From NCBI GenBank assembly GCA_963836185.1, contig CAWIIQ010000001.1, forward strand, positions 448,001 through 512,000: 64,000 nt of DNA, written 5' to 3'. Both the position numbers and the translations under genes were made by a program. The notes beneath the pieces were generated by a model, which had not been told where the DNA came from, ran no database searches, and saw only the letters and a program-made list of their open reading frames with translations. The stretch is from Candidatus Krumholzibacteriia bacterium. Lineage in GTDB: Bacteria; Krumholzibacteriota; Krumholzibacteriia; Krumholzibacteriales; Krumholzibacteriaceae. Shown in pieces: positions 50,743 to 59,744 of this stretch (the stretch's first letter is position 1; the number at the start of each line of letters is the position of its first letter).

Positions 50743-53286
50743 TCACCTGATGATCACGAATTTCCCTATCGTTCGCTTGAACTGCCCGTCCGAGGGGTCG
50801 ACCGCGTATATGTATACTCCGCTCGTGACGTCCTGGCCGTTCCTTGATAGAAGGTCCCATCGCAGGGTGCCGTCTCCATTGCTTCCATCATGATAGAGCG
50901 ACTGGACGAGATCGCCCGAGACGGTGAATATCCTTACCGTACTCCGGCACCGGGGGAGATTTCTGAACTCGCACTTGAGCCCCGTTGGATCGGCGTTGTT
51001 CGGTTCAAGCCTCCACGGGTCCATGCTGTCCGAAGTGACGGGATTCGGCACGACGTAGATCTCTTTGCTTTCAAATCCGCCTGGTTCCTGCGCGTCCGAT
51101 CTCGCTTCGATGTACTGGAAGTTTGACATCGGCGAATCGTACAATCCCGGCTCCATCCGACCCTTCATCAGCTCCCGGTGGTCGAAGGCGACGACCGAGT
51201 AGAAGTAGGGCAGCCCGTTCTTGGCCATCCTGTCGAAGTACCTGTAATAGCTTCTGCCGCCCTCGAATCCCAGGCTGCGCCTGGCCATCGCCTCGAGGGT
51301 GTCGCACTCTTCCTCTTCCAGGCCGGGTGGGCAGGGTACCGTATCAAGGGGAGCGTACCTGACGCTGGCCTCGAACATGTCCAGATACTTCTGCCGGTCC
51401 CTGAGGTAGTTGAGCGGCTCGTATTCCCATCCCCCCTCCTCGAACGGCATCTTGAATGCATCGTTGGGCGGGACATCGTTGACGATGTCTCTGCTTTCGA
51501 GAAGGGTCCAGAGCTTCCTGGCAGGGCCACTCGCCTCCGATGTGCCGAAGGGCCTGTGCCAGTCGTCCGCACGGTATACCAGGTAACCCTCGAAATCCTG
51601 CAAAAGGGTGAACTGGTCAGGGATCACTTCGCTGAGATCATCCCACAACACAGAGACCAGTCCGTCTCCGGGAACAAGTCTCATGTTCGGGGGCACAGGA
51701 GCCGAGCTCACAACCCACGGGACATGGCTTTCCTTGCCGTCGACTCCCGTCATGTAGAACCGCAGGTCCGCATCCCACTTCTTGTAGCATCCTAAATACC
51801 CGAAAATCCATTGTTCCTCTCTGCAGTCAGCGTTGACGTAGCATGAGTCCTTTCCTGGAAGGTCGATCACCCATTCAGGATGGTTGCAGGGGTCGGGCCT
51901 CAACATCTCGATCGGTCCCCATACGACCCGTTCCCGACCATCGACCCCTGTCTCGGGGTTCCGGTCGGCGTCGGCATAGAGGCCCTGGTAAGCCGCTACC
52001 GCGGCTGCGGCATTCTTGATCAGGCCGGACATCTTCTCGCCCCCTACGAATGCCAACTTGAACTTGAACTCATCTCCCGGTTCCAGCTCGGGGACGACGA
52101 AGTATGAAAAAAGAAGCCTGTAATCACCAGGTGTCGCCGTGTCCTCGGGGCTGTTCCAGTCGCTCATCACCTGGTAGCGCTCGTAGTCGTTTGTAGGCTC
52201 TCCTCCGCTTTCAAAGGGGAGCAGCCCCCTGAAGTGCCTCACCTTTCTGGTGCCCACCTCGGCCAGTTTGCCCGGAGTGAAGCCGTAGTAGGCTGCCTGT
52301 GGATCTTCGACAAGCACAATGCCGAAATAGCCGTCCGTCAAACCGTTGTCGCCGTCATCGTCATAGACGTAGATGAGGTTTATCTTGACCGGGACCTCGT
52401 ACCCTCCTTTTCGCGCGCAGCCGACGCCCCTCCACGTTCCGAGCATGTCGTCGAGGTAGTAACTGTCGTACTGGCGGGGGCCGGCATCCAGGTCGGCGTA
52501 AAGGCCGACATAGACGTCCTGCAGATAGCTGTCTCCGATGTTCTTGATGACGTAGCTTACGGCGACGAAGTTTCCGAGGTAATCGCCCCCCCACTGGTAT
52601 GTCTCCTGCCTTACCATCAATCCCATCGGCTCGTGCTCGGGGTATATGGTGGAGGCGACTGCCTGGTCATCGGTATACCAGCAGGAGAACATCTGGTTTC
52701 CACTGGCGGCAAAATCCTCGTCGATCAGGCCGTCGCCGTCATCGTCCATGCCGTTGAGCCAGTCCTCGTCGATCAGGCCGTCGCCGTCGTCGTCGGGCCA
52801 GTTCGGGAACCGCATGCCTCCCGGGTCGCCTTCCGCCGCCCGGTAGATCACATCCCGGGGATCATTAGTGGGATAGAACTCGGTCTCCGGGTAACCCGTC
52901 GAGACTACAGGCTGGCCGTTCTTGAGCGCTCCGACCCATATCCCCGCGGCGTAGAGGAATTCTACGCCGGATCCCGCGGGGTACTGGGCGGATGGAGACT
53001 CTGACATCGGGTAGCGGCTGCCCGGCAGTGAGCCGAAGAACCCCCAGTTGGTGACGTTCATCTGGAGCTCTCCGATGTTGTGAACGTATGTCCCGTCAAG
53101 GTTGATAGTGCGGACCGGGCCGGTGTTCTTTGTCTCGGGCCAGGGGTCGCGGCGCTCAGCTTCCAGGCTGGTTGCGGGAAAGAGTATGATGACCGCAAGG
53201 CAGGCTGTGATAAGGAATCTTGACGCGGAGGCTGGCCTGACGCCTGTCCAGCGTCCGGGCATTTCGTTCTTACTACGGGCAGACAT
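50743..53286 (-). CDS. Secreted hypothetical protein with DxDGDGxIDED Ca-binding repeats, FN3-like region and T9SS-like C-terminal domain
   Basis: 'DDDGDGLIDED' twice; 'DFEGYLVYR'; 'NGLPYFYSVVAFD'; 'IYVVPNP...FRNLP...VRIFTVSGDLV...WDLLSRNGQDVTSGVYIY'. Confidence 0.7.
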   Translation of the reverse strand: MSARSKNEMPGRWTGVRPASASRFLITACLAVIILFPATSLEAERRDPWPETKNTGPVRTINLDGTYVHNIGELQMNVTNWGFFGSLPGSRYPMSESPSAQYPAGSGVEFLYAAGIWVGALKNGQPVVSTGYPETEFYPTNDPRDVIYRAAEGDPGGMRFPNWPDDDGDGLIDEDWLNGMDDDGDGLIDEDFAASGNQMFSCWYTDDQAVASTIYPEHEPMGLMVRQETYQWGGDYLGNFVAVSYVIKNIGDSYLQDVYVGLYADLDAGPRQYDSYYLDDMLGTWRGVGCARKGGYEVPVKINLIYVYDDDGDNGLTDGYFGIVLVEDPQAAYYGFTPGKLAEVGTRKVRHFRGLLPFESGGEPTNDYERYQVMSDWNSPEDTATPGDYRLLFSYFVVPELEPGDEFKFKLAFVGGEKMSGLIKNAAAAVAAYQGLYADADRNPETGVDGRERVVWGPIEMLRPDPCNHPEWVIDLPGKDSCYVNADCREEQWIFGYLGCYKKWDADLRFYMTGVDGKESHVPWVVSSAPVPPNMRLVPGDGLVSVLWDDLSEVIPDQFTLLQDFEGYLVYRADDWHRPFGTSEASGPARKLWTLLESRDIVNDVPPNDAFKMPFEEGGWEYEPLNYLRDRQKYLDMFEASVRYAPLDTVPCPPGLEEEECDTLEAMARRSLGFEGGRSYYRYFDRMAKNGLPYFYSVVAFDHRELMKGRMEPGLYDSPMSNFQYIEARSDAQEPGGFESKEIYVVPNPVTSDSMDPWRLEPNNADPTGLKCEFRNLPRCRSTVRIFTVSGDLVQSLYHDGSNGDGTLRWDLLSRNGQDVTSGVYIYAVDPSDGQFKRTIGKFVIIR

Positions 53287-53511
53287 GCGAGACTCCATTG
53301 ACGGCGTCATGGTGTAGTCTGTTGTAGTCGGGTTATCGCGGTCCGGCTGGATATAATATAGCAGATATTTCCAGGAAGGTAAATGTTGAACGGGTCGTCA
53401 ATGCCTTACCGAACGACTGTGTTCTGTCTGCTTGCGGAGCCTGGTTCTCTGTGATATAGGTAAGTAAGGGCATCAGGGACAACAGAAAATAATCAAAAAG
53501 GAACCTGCCGT

Positions 53512-55929
53512 ATGATCGGCAAAAAAGTCTCACATTACGAGATAACCGGGAAACTCGGCGAAGGCGGGATGGGCGTCGTATACGAGGCTTACGATACCGT
53601 TCTCAAACGCAAGGTCGCGCTGAAGTTTCTGCCGGCAGGTCTTACTTCCGACGATGAAACACGCAAGCGATTCGTTCGCGAGGCGCAGGCCGCCGCAGCC
53701 CTCAATCATCCCAATATCTGCACCGTCCACGAGATCGGCGAGGACGATGGGCATATCTTCATCGTTATGCCCTGCATCGAAGGGGCCGGCCTGGCGGGGA
53801 GGCTCAAGGAGGGGCCGCTGTCCGTTGATGACGCGCTCGACATAGCGATACAGGCCGGCAAGGGCCTTGCCAGGGCTCACAAGAGCGATATCGTACACCG
53901 CGACATAAAGCCGGGGAACATCCTGCTGACAGAAGACGGCCATGTGAAGATCGTAGACTTCGGCCTGGCGAAGCTCGGTTCGATGACGAAGATGACTGTG
54001 GTCGGCACGACGATGGGAACTGCAGGCTACATGTCACCCGAGCAGGCGAGGGGGGACGATGTCGACCACCGTTCCGATATCTGGGCGCTGGGCGTCGTGC
54101 TCTACGAGATGCTGACCGGCAGCATGCCGTTCCGCGGTGAAGTCGACGCGGCGGTGATCTACTCTATAATGAACGAGGAGCCCGAGCTCCTCGCTGAGGC
54201 CTGTCCCGGATGTCCCGCTGAGCTCCTCGAGATAATAAGCACCGCGCTGGCGAAGGAACCTGGCGAACGGTTCCAGTCGATAGGCGAGATGGTTAAGCGC
54301 TGGAAGCAGTACGCGGCGGCAGGAGTGTTCCGGCAGTAAAGAGACCGTCCGGCGCGTCATGGGAGACGTATCGACCGTCGCATACCCGCGAGTATCATCA
54401 CGATCGTGGTGATTGTCGCTGCCGTGTTAGGGTACTGGTTTCTCAAGCCGGGGCAGAGTATCGAGTCGATAGCGGTGCTTCCCATCATCGATCTGTCGGG
54501 AGAAAATGAGGCGGGTGGCTTTGCCGACCAGATGACCGGCGTTCTGATCAACGAACTCGGTCAGATCAAGTCTATCCGGTGGACCAGCCACCGGACTTCG
54601 ATGACATACAGGGACTCAGACAAGTCGACCGATGAGATAGCCGATGAACTGGGAGTGGATGCGGTAGTTGAAGGAGAACTTCTGACAGATGGCACACATA
54701 TGACTCTTTCGCTGCGGCTTGTCGAGACAGATCCTGAACGTCAGATCTGGAACGAGCAGTACAAGCGGACCCTGACGGCGAACTTCACTCTTTACAGCGA
54801 TATAGCGATGGATTTCGCGAAAAAGCTCGGTGCCATGATCAGTCCGGAGGCAGCAGCCGCGATGGCAGCCCGCCGTGATGTGGATCCTGAAGCAAATGAA
54901 GCATACGGAAGAGGGATCTACCTGCTCGGTACATTCATTAATGCCGGAGAGGGAACCGAAGAGAGAAAAAGAGCTGAGCAGGCACTCGAGTATTTCAGGA
55001 CATCGGTTGAGATCGACTCGACGTTTGCCAAGGGATGGGCAGGTCTGGCTGAGGCTTACATCAGGCTCTCCCACGCCAACACTCCATATCCCGGCGCGGT
55101 GGAAAATGCTCTCGAAGCTGTAAATCGGGCACTCGAACTGGACGATGCGCTGGGAGAGGCATATTTTACCAGGGCCCATATACTGTGGGAACATGTCTGG
55201 GATCAGGATGGCGCCAGGGATGATTTCCAGAAGGCTTTCGAGCTCAATCCATCGAATGCGTACGGGTATATGATCTACTCGTACTATCTGCAGGCCTGGA
55301 GAAGGTTCGACGAGTCCGCAGATGCCGCCGTGCAGTCCGTCAGGCTCGATCCGGCCTCATATATGCTCGGTATGGCCGCTCATCAACCGCTCTCCTTTGC
55401 CGGGAGAGTCGAAGCGGCCATATCCCAGCTAAGGAAGATCAGAGAGATGCATCCTGAGAAGATAGATGAGATAGAAGTTCTGGCGTGGACGCGAGCTGTC
55501 TATCGCTCAAACAGGCTTTGCGATGAGGCTATCGAGGTACATGAAAGGATATGGAATCTTCAGAAAGAAGAACTGAAAGACAGCAGTGAAGCTGTGATCG
55601 AGAGGGAAAGACTGGAATACCTATGGCAGCTTGGTATGTTTCATTCCGATGCCGGGGACATCGAGGAGGCGGAGCGTCTCTGGAACGAGGTCCTCAGTGT
55701 CGTGGATATCGATACTATTGAAAAAGAGAATCCATCAGCTGCAGCTCAATACTACATGCACCACGGCGATAACGACCTGATGTTCAGGATTCTGGAGAAG
55801 ATGTACGAAGAGAAGAGTATGTGGGTGACTCGAGTAACGTCTCTCCCTATTTACGATCGCCTCCGCGACGATCCGAGATATGAGGACCTCCAGAAAAGGC
55901 TGGGGTTGTACCCGTCCGCCGACCAGTAG
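53512..55929 (+). CDS. Hanks-type Ser/Thr kinase - TM - TolB_N-like - TPR protein; interrupted near 54297-54360
   Basis: 'LGEGGMGVVY', 'VALKFL', 'HRDIKPGN', 'DFG', 'GTAGYMSPEQ'. The second ORF has a TM helix, 'SIAVLP' and TPRs. Both ORFs share a frame, and the stop at 54337 is bypassed by an alternative-frame stretch 'ALEAVRGG', implying compensating indels. Confidence 0.85.
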
Positions 55930-55943
55930 CCCGGGATCCGGCT

Positions 55944-57365
55944 CTACCTGACCAGCTTGACACCCTTTCCGTCGACAAATCCCTTCGCTATCTCCCACGC
56001 CTTGTCCCTGGTCGTCACGTCCGGGTAGTCCGGCAGGCCGGTGATACCCTTCGCGGCGAACATCCGCGCGACTTCGAGGCGGACCTTGTGGGCTTCAACT
56101 GCCGACTCGCCGACTATCCGCAGGTATTCCTGCGGGGCGTGGAAGCCCATCCCGTTGTTCGAGGAGCAGTAGTCCCACCTGAACTGGGCGTGGCGGAGCA
56201 TCTGCCTGATGCCGTAAAGCTCATCGTCGGTCGCACCTGCCTGGACAGCTGCCGCGACGTCGAAGTGGGCCCTTACGAGCGCGTCCTCCGCTGCCATCCT
56301 CGCGTTGAAGCACCTCGTCTGGATCTCCTCGACGCGGCTCTTGACCTCTTCTTCTGTCCAGCGGTGGCAGACCGCGCAGCTGTTTGCGATGTTCAGCAGC
56401 GGGCTCTGAGCGTGGTGGTCGGAGTGCTTGACGCCGCCTTCGGCAACGTAAGGCATGTGGCAGTCGGCGCACGAGACGTTCCTGTATGCGTGGATACCCA
56501 TCGAGAACATCTCGTAGTCGGGGTGCTGCGACTTGATGATCGGCGTGCCAGATACGGGGTGGACCCAGTCGTGGAAAGCGTATTCGTCGTAGTACTCGAT
56601 CATGTCGTCGACCGTCTTCCCCTTTTCCCACGGGAAGGTCAGATAGGCCTTCTTTCCCTCCGCTTCATCATTGAGAAAGTAGTACTCGACGTGGCACTGC
56701 GCGCAGACGAGCGAACGCATCTCCTGGTGGGTCGCGTCGTCTATGTCCTGTCCCGCCGCGGCGAACGCCTCCCTCAGCGCGGGCCGGGTGATGATAAGGC
56801 CCATCGTCTCGGGATCGTGGCAGTCGCGGCAGCCGATAGGATTGACGATCTCGTCCTTGAGGTCATGGAAGTTCGAGGCGTAGAACTCCCTGATGCCCAT
56901 CTTCTCCATCATCCGTGGGACATCGGGGCTCTTGCAGGTCCAGCATGTCGCTTCGTTGAAAGGGGTCTTGATCCGTTTCGTGTTCGTAACATCGTCGATC
57001 GCGTGGTAATGGCCCCTGGCCTGGAGGTAATCCTTACTGAATCCGTACCCGGCAAAGAGGATCACCTGTAAGGGATCGTCCTCGAGGTAGTCGCGCGGGT
57101 ATGCCCCGCCGAATTTTGTCTCTGTATCGTCGATCTGAGTCCTCAGCCACGAATCGTACTCACTGGGGTAGTTCTCTCCCCACACGGCGTTGTCCGTCTC
57201 CCACTCGTCGAGCGGGACGACGGCTATCGCGGGGCGCTGCGCCTCCCAGCGGTGCTCCATTATAGAGAAGCCGAGGATGCCGAGAAGCACGACGACCACG
57301 GCGAGCAGTACGATGATAAGTGTCCCCGCCCAGAGGGGGAGTTTCGGGCTGGATTTGTCGCTCAT
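55944..57365 (-). CDS. nrfA: Ammonia-forming cytochrome c nitrite reductase catalytic subunit
   Basis: CWTCK active-site heme plus four CxxCH motifs; 'KSQHPDYE', 'RGH', 'GFHAP'. Confidence 0.95.
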   Translation of the reverse strand: MSDKSSPKLPLWAGTLIIVLLAVVVVLLGILGFSIMEHRWEAQRPAIAVVPLDEWETDNAVWGENYPSEYDSWLRTQIDDTETKFGGAYPRDYLEDDPLQVILFAGYGFSKDYLQARGHYHAIDDVTNTKRIKTPFNEATCWTCKSPDVPRMMEKMGIREFYASNFHDLKDEIVNPIGCRDCHDPETMGLIITRPALREAFAAAGQDIDDATHQEMRSLVCAQCHVEYYFLNDEAEGKKAYLTFPWEKGKTVDDMIEYYDEYAFHDWVHPVSGTPIIKSQHPDYEMFSMGIHAYRNVSCADCHMPYVAEGGVKHSDHHAQSPLLNIANSCAVCHRWTEEEVKSRVEEIQTRCFNARMAAEDALVRAHFDVAAAVQAGATDDELYGIRQMLRHAQFRWDYCSSNNGMGFHAPQEYLRIVGESAVEAHKVRLEVARMFAAKGITGLPDYPDVTTRDKAWEIAKGFVDGKGVKLVR

Positions 57366-57928
57366 CGATTCGATCCCTTTCTTTTTCGGCTTATGCCGGC
57401 CGGGGGTAATTTCGGCCTCAGCACGGCATCGGACGACGACAGGCTCTTTACTTGTATATGTATATTCGTATGGCAGTCCCAGCAGGTCCGTTCCCCGGAC
57501 CCGGCGAGCCGGATCATCGAGAACGAGCTGCCGTGACAGCGCAGGCAGTTCTGCTGTATGACGGGGATGGCTTCATGCGAGAGCTCGATGACCTGCGGTT
57601 CGGCGCCTGCTGTGAAGATCGCAGAGTGCTTCATCCCGTCGGTTGCCTTGAAGCGGTTCATCGCGACGATATTCTGATGGGGGAGATGACAGTCTGTGCA
57701 TACGGCCGCCGTGCCGTGGCTGCCCCGCTGCCAGCTCGCGTAGGCGTCGGTCATCACGTGGCAGTTGGCGCAGGTCTCCGGTTCCTTGTTGAGGTACGAC
57801 ATCGCGCGTGAGGAGCGGATAAGCAGGGCAGCCATACCTATGGAGATTCCGGCCAGGGCGTAGATAGTCACCTGCATGCCTCGCGGCAGGCCTTCGAGCC
57901 TTAAGAGAGTTCTGATATAAGAGAGCAT
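57362..57928 (-). CDS. nrfH: Tetraheme membrane-anchored cytochrome c (NapC/NirT family)
   Basis: N-terminal TM helix; CANCH, CTDCH, CLRCH, CWDCH; directly upstream of nrfA with overlap. Confidence 0.93.
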   Translation of the reverse strand: MLSYIRTLLRLEGLPRGMQVTIYALAGISIGMAALLIRSSRAMSYLNKEPETCANCHVMTDAYASWQRGSHGTAAVCTDCHLPHQNIVAMNRFKATDGMKHSAIFTAGAEPQVIELSHEAIPVIQQNCLRCHGSSFSMIRLAGSGERTCWDCHTNIHIQVKSLSSSDAVLRPKLPPAGISRKRKGSNR

Positions 57929-58059
57929 GATCTGAAGAGGATACTACATGGACAGTCTGACTGATTCAATGGGTAATTGAGTTGATGCTGGCACCTTTTT
58001 CGATTATCTTATAGATAAGCGGCACTTCCCGAAATAGAAACAATCCAGGCGGTGATGAA

Positions 58060-58563
58060 ATGAACCTGATCACGGAAATGGGAGCGTTCGCGTTCGCGAG
58101 CAGGCTGATGCGTCTCTCCGAGAGGCTCAAGTCAGAGGTCTCGACGGTCTACCATTCGTGCGGGATGGATTTCGACGATCACTGGTTCCTCGTTGGGTAC
58201 ATGCTGGCGGACCAGTCCAGCATGACGGTGGCCGACATGGCCTCGCAGCTCGGCGTCGCTCGGCCGCGGATCACCAGGATGATAGAGGAGATGGTCACAC
58301 ATGGGCTCGTCAGGCTGGAGAGCGATCCGGAGGAGCCGGGGCAGAAGTGTGTGTCGCTGACCGACGACGGGGAGGAGACGGTCACCGAGTTGAAGGCGAT
58401 CTGGCAGGCTGTCGGGGAAGCTACATCCGAGCTTATATCCGAATCACATCCGGAACTTCTCGAGGCGATAACAAAGATGGAGAAAGGCCTCGATGACAGG
58501 TCCCTTTTCAGCCGCGTCTCGTCCAGGATCAACAGCTGCGAGGACAAGTTCGGCGACGGGTAG
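58060..58563 (+). CDS. MarR-family transcriptional regulator
   Basis: 'MTVADMASQLGVARPRITRMIEEMVTHGLV', 'VSLTDDG'. Confidence 0.85.
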   Translation: MNLITEMGAFAFASRLMRLSERLKSEVSTVYHSCGMDFDDHWFLVGYMLADQSSMTVADMASQLGVARPRITRMIEEMVTHGLVRLESDPEEPGQKCVSLTDDGEETVTELKAIWQAVGEATSELISESHPELLEAITKMEKGLDDRSLFSRVSSRINSCEDKFGDG

Positions 58564-58592
58564 GGTTTCGGATTCATTCAACTTCAGTCCAG

Positions 58593-58643
58593 GTAACCGG
58601 TTACATTTTAGTGCTTGCAAGGGGGCGCCCTTGTGCCTATTGT
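58593..58643 (+). promoter_or_regulatory. Putative carAB promoter with upstream perfect palindrome
   Basis: GTAACCGGTTAC (58593-58604), then TTGCAA-17 nt-TATTGT. Confidence 0.4.
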
Positions 58644-58673
58644 CCCACCAGTTTGTGTCGAAACGGGAGGTAG

Positions 58674-59744
58674 ATGGGCCGGATCAGATTAGTCCTCGCG
58701 GATGGAACCCAGTTCAACGGTGAATCATTCGGCGCTCAAAAAGCCGTCAGCGGGGAAGTAGTTTTCAATACCGGGATGGTCGGCTACCCCGAAAGCCTCA
58801 CAGATCCTTCATACCGCGGACAGATTCTCGTAATGACATATCCACTCGTCGGTAACTACGGAGTTCCGGGCGATGAGGCCGCCGACGGCATGCGGAAGTA
58901 TTTCGAATCGGCGCGTATACAGGCGAGCGGGCTCGTTGTGGCCGAACATTCGACAGAGTACTCGCACTGGAACGCGGTGAAGTCACTTTCCGAATGGCTT
59001 TCGGAGGAGAGGATCCCCGGGATAAGCGGTATCGATACGCGAGCGCTTACCAGGCTCCTGCGGGAACGCGGGACCGTGCCGGGGAAGATCGTTCCGGCTG
59101 ATGATCCAGGTTCAGCTGACATCCCCTTCGACGATCCGAATACGCGAAACCTCGTCGCCGAGGTGAGCGTCGGCGAACCGGTCCTCTACAGGCGGGGGCC
59201 GCGCAGGGTGGTGCTCGTCGACTGCGGCACGAAGAACAATATCGTCCGCTCATTCCTCAAAAGAGATATCACTGTCCTCAGGGTGCCTTGGGATCATCCT
59301 TTCGATGAAGAGGAGGCGGACGGGTTCGTCCTCTCCAACGGCCCCGGTGATCCGAAGATGTGCGTCGAGACGATCGACCGCGCGAGGGAACTCCTCGGCG
59401 GCGATATCCCCGTGCTGGGGATCTGTCTCGGATCGCAGATCATGGCGCTGGCCGCGGGGGCCGATACATACAAGCTGAGGTACGGGCACAGAGGCCAGAA
59501 CCAGCCCTGCGTCGAGTCGGGCACGAGGCGGTGCCGCATCACCTCGCAGAACCACGGGTATGCCGTTGACACGCGCACGATCCCGCAGGACTGGCGGGAG
59601 TGGTTCATCAACAGCAACGACGGGACGAACGAGGGGCTGGTGCATATCTCGAAACCGTTCTTCGGCGTGCAGTTCCACCCCGAAGCGTCGCCGGGGCCGG
59701 ACGATACGGACTTTATCTTCGACATGTTCGTGAGGGCGCTATGA
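58674..59744 (+). CDS. carA: Carbamoyl-phosphate synthase small subunit
   Basis: 'GEVVFNTGMVGYPESLTDPSY', 'GIDTRALT', 'LSNGPGDP', 'GICLG', 'SQNHGYAV', 'QFHPEA'. Confidence 0.97.
   Translation: MGRIRLVLADGTQFNGESFGAQKAVSGEVVFNTGMVGYPESLTDPSYRGQILVMTYPLVGNYGVPGDEAADGMRKYFESARIQASGLVVAEHSTEYSHWNAVKSLSEWLSEERIPGISGIDTRALTRLLRERGTVPGKIVPADDPGSADIPFDDPNTRNLVAEVSVGEPVLYRRGPRRVVLVDCGTKNNIVRSFLKRDITVLRVPWDHPFDEEEADGFVLSNGPGDPKMCVETIDRARELLGGDIPVLGICLGSQIMALAAGADTYKLRYGHRGQNQPCVESGTRRCRITSQNHGYAVDTRTIPQDWREWFINSNDGTNEGLVHISKPFFGVQFHPEASPGPDDTDFIFDMFVRAL

Noticed and set aside
59600-59740. Extended N-termini from the ORF track (carB 59600, hdrA 37158, 47195, 42061, 35811)
   Set aside because: They overlap upstream genes or lack an RBS; downstream ATGs with coupling or RBS match family N-termini better.
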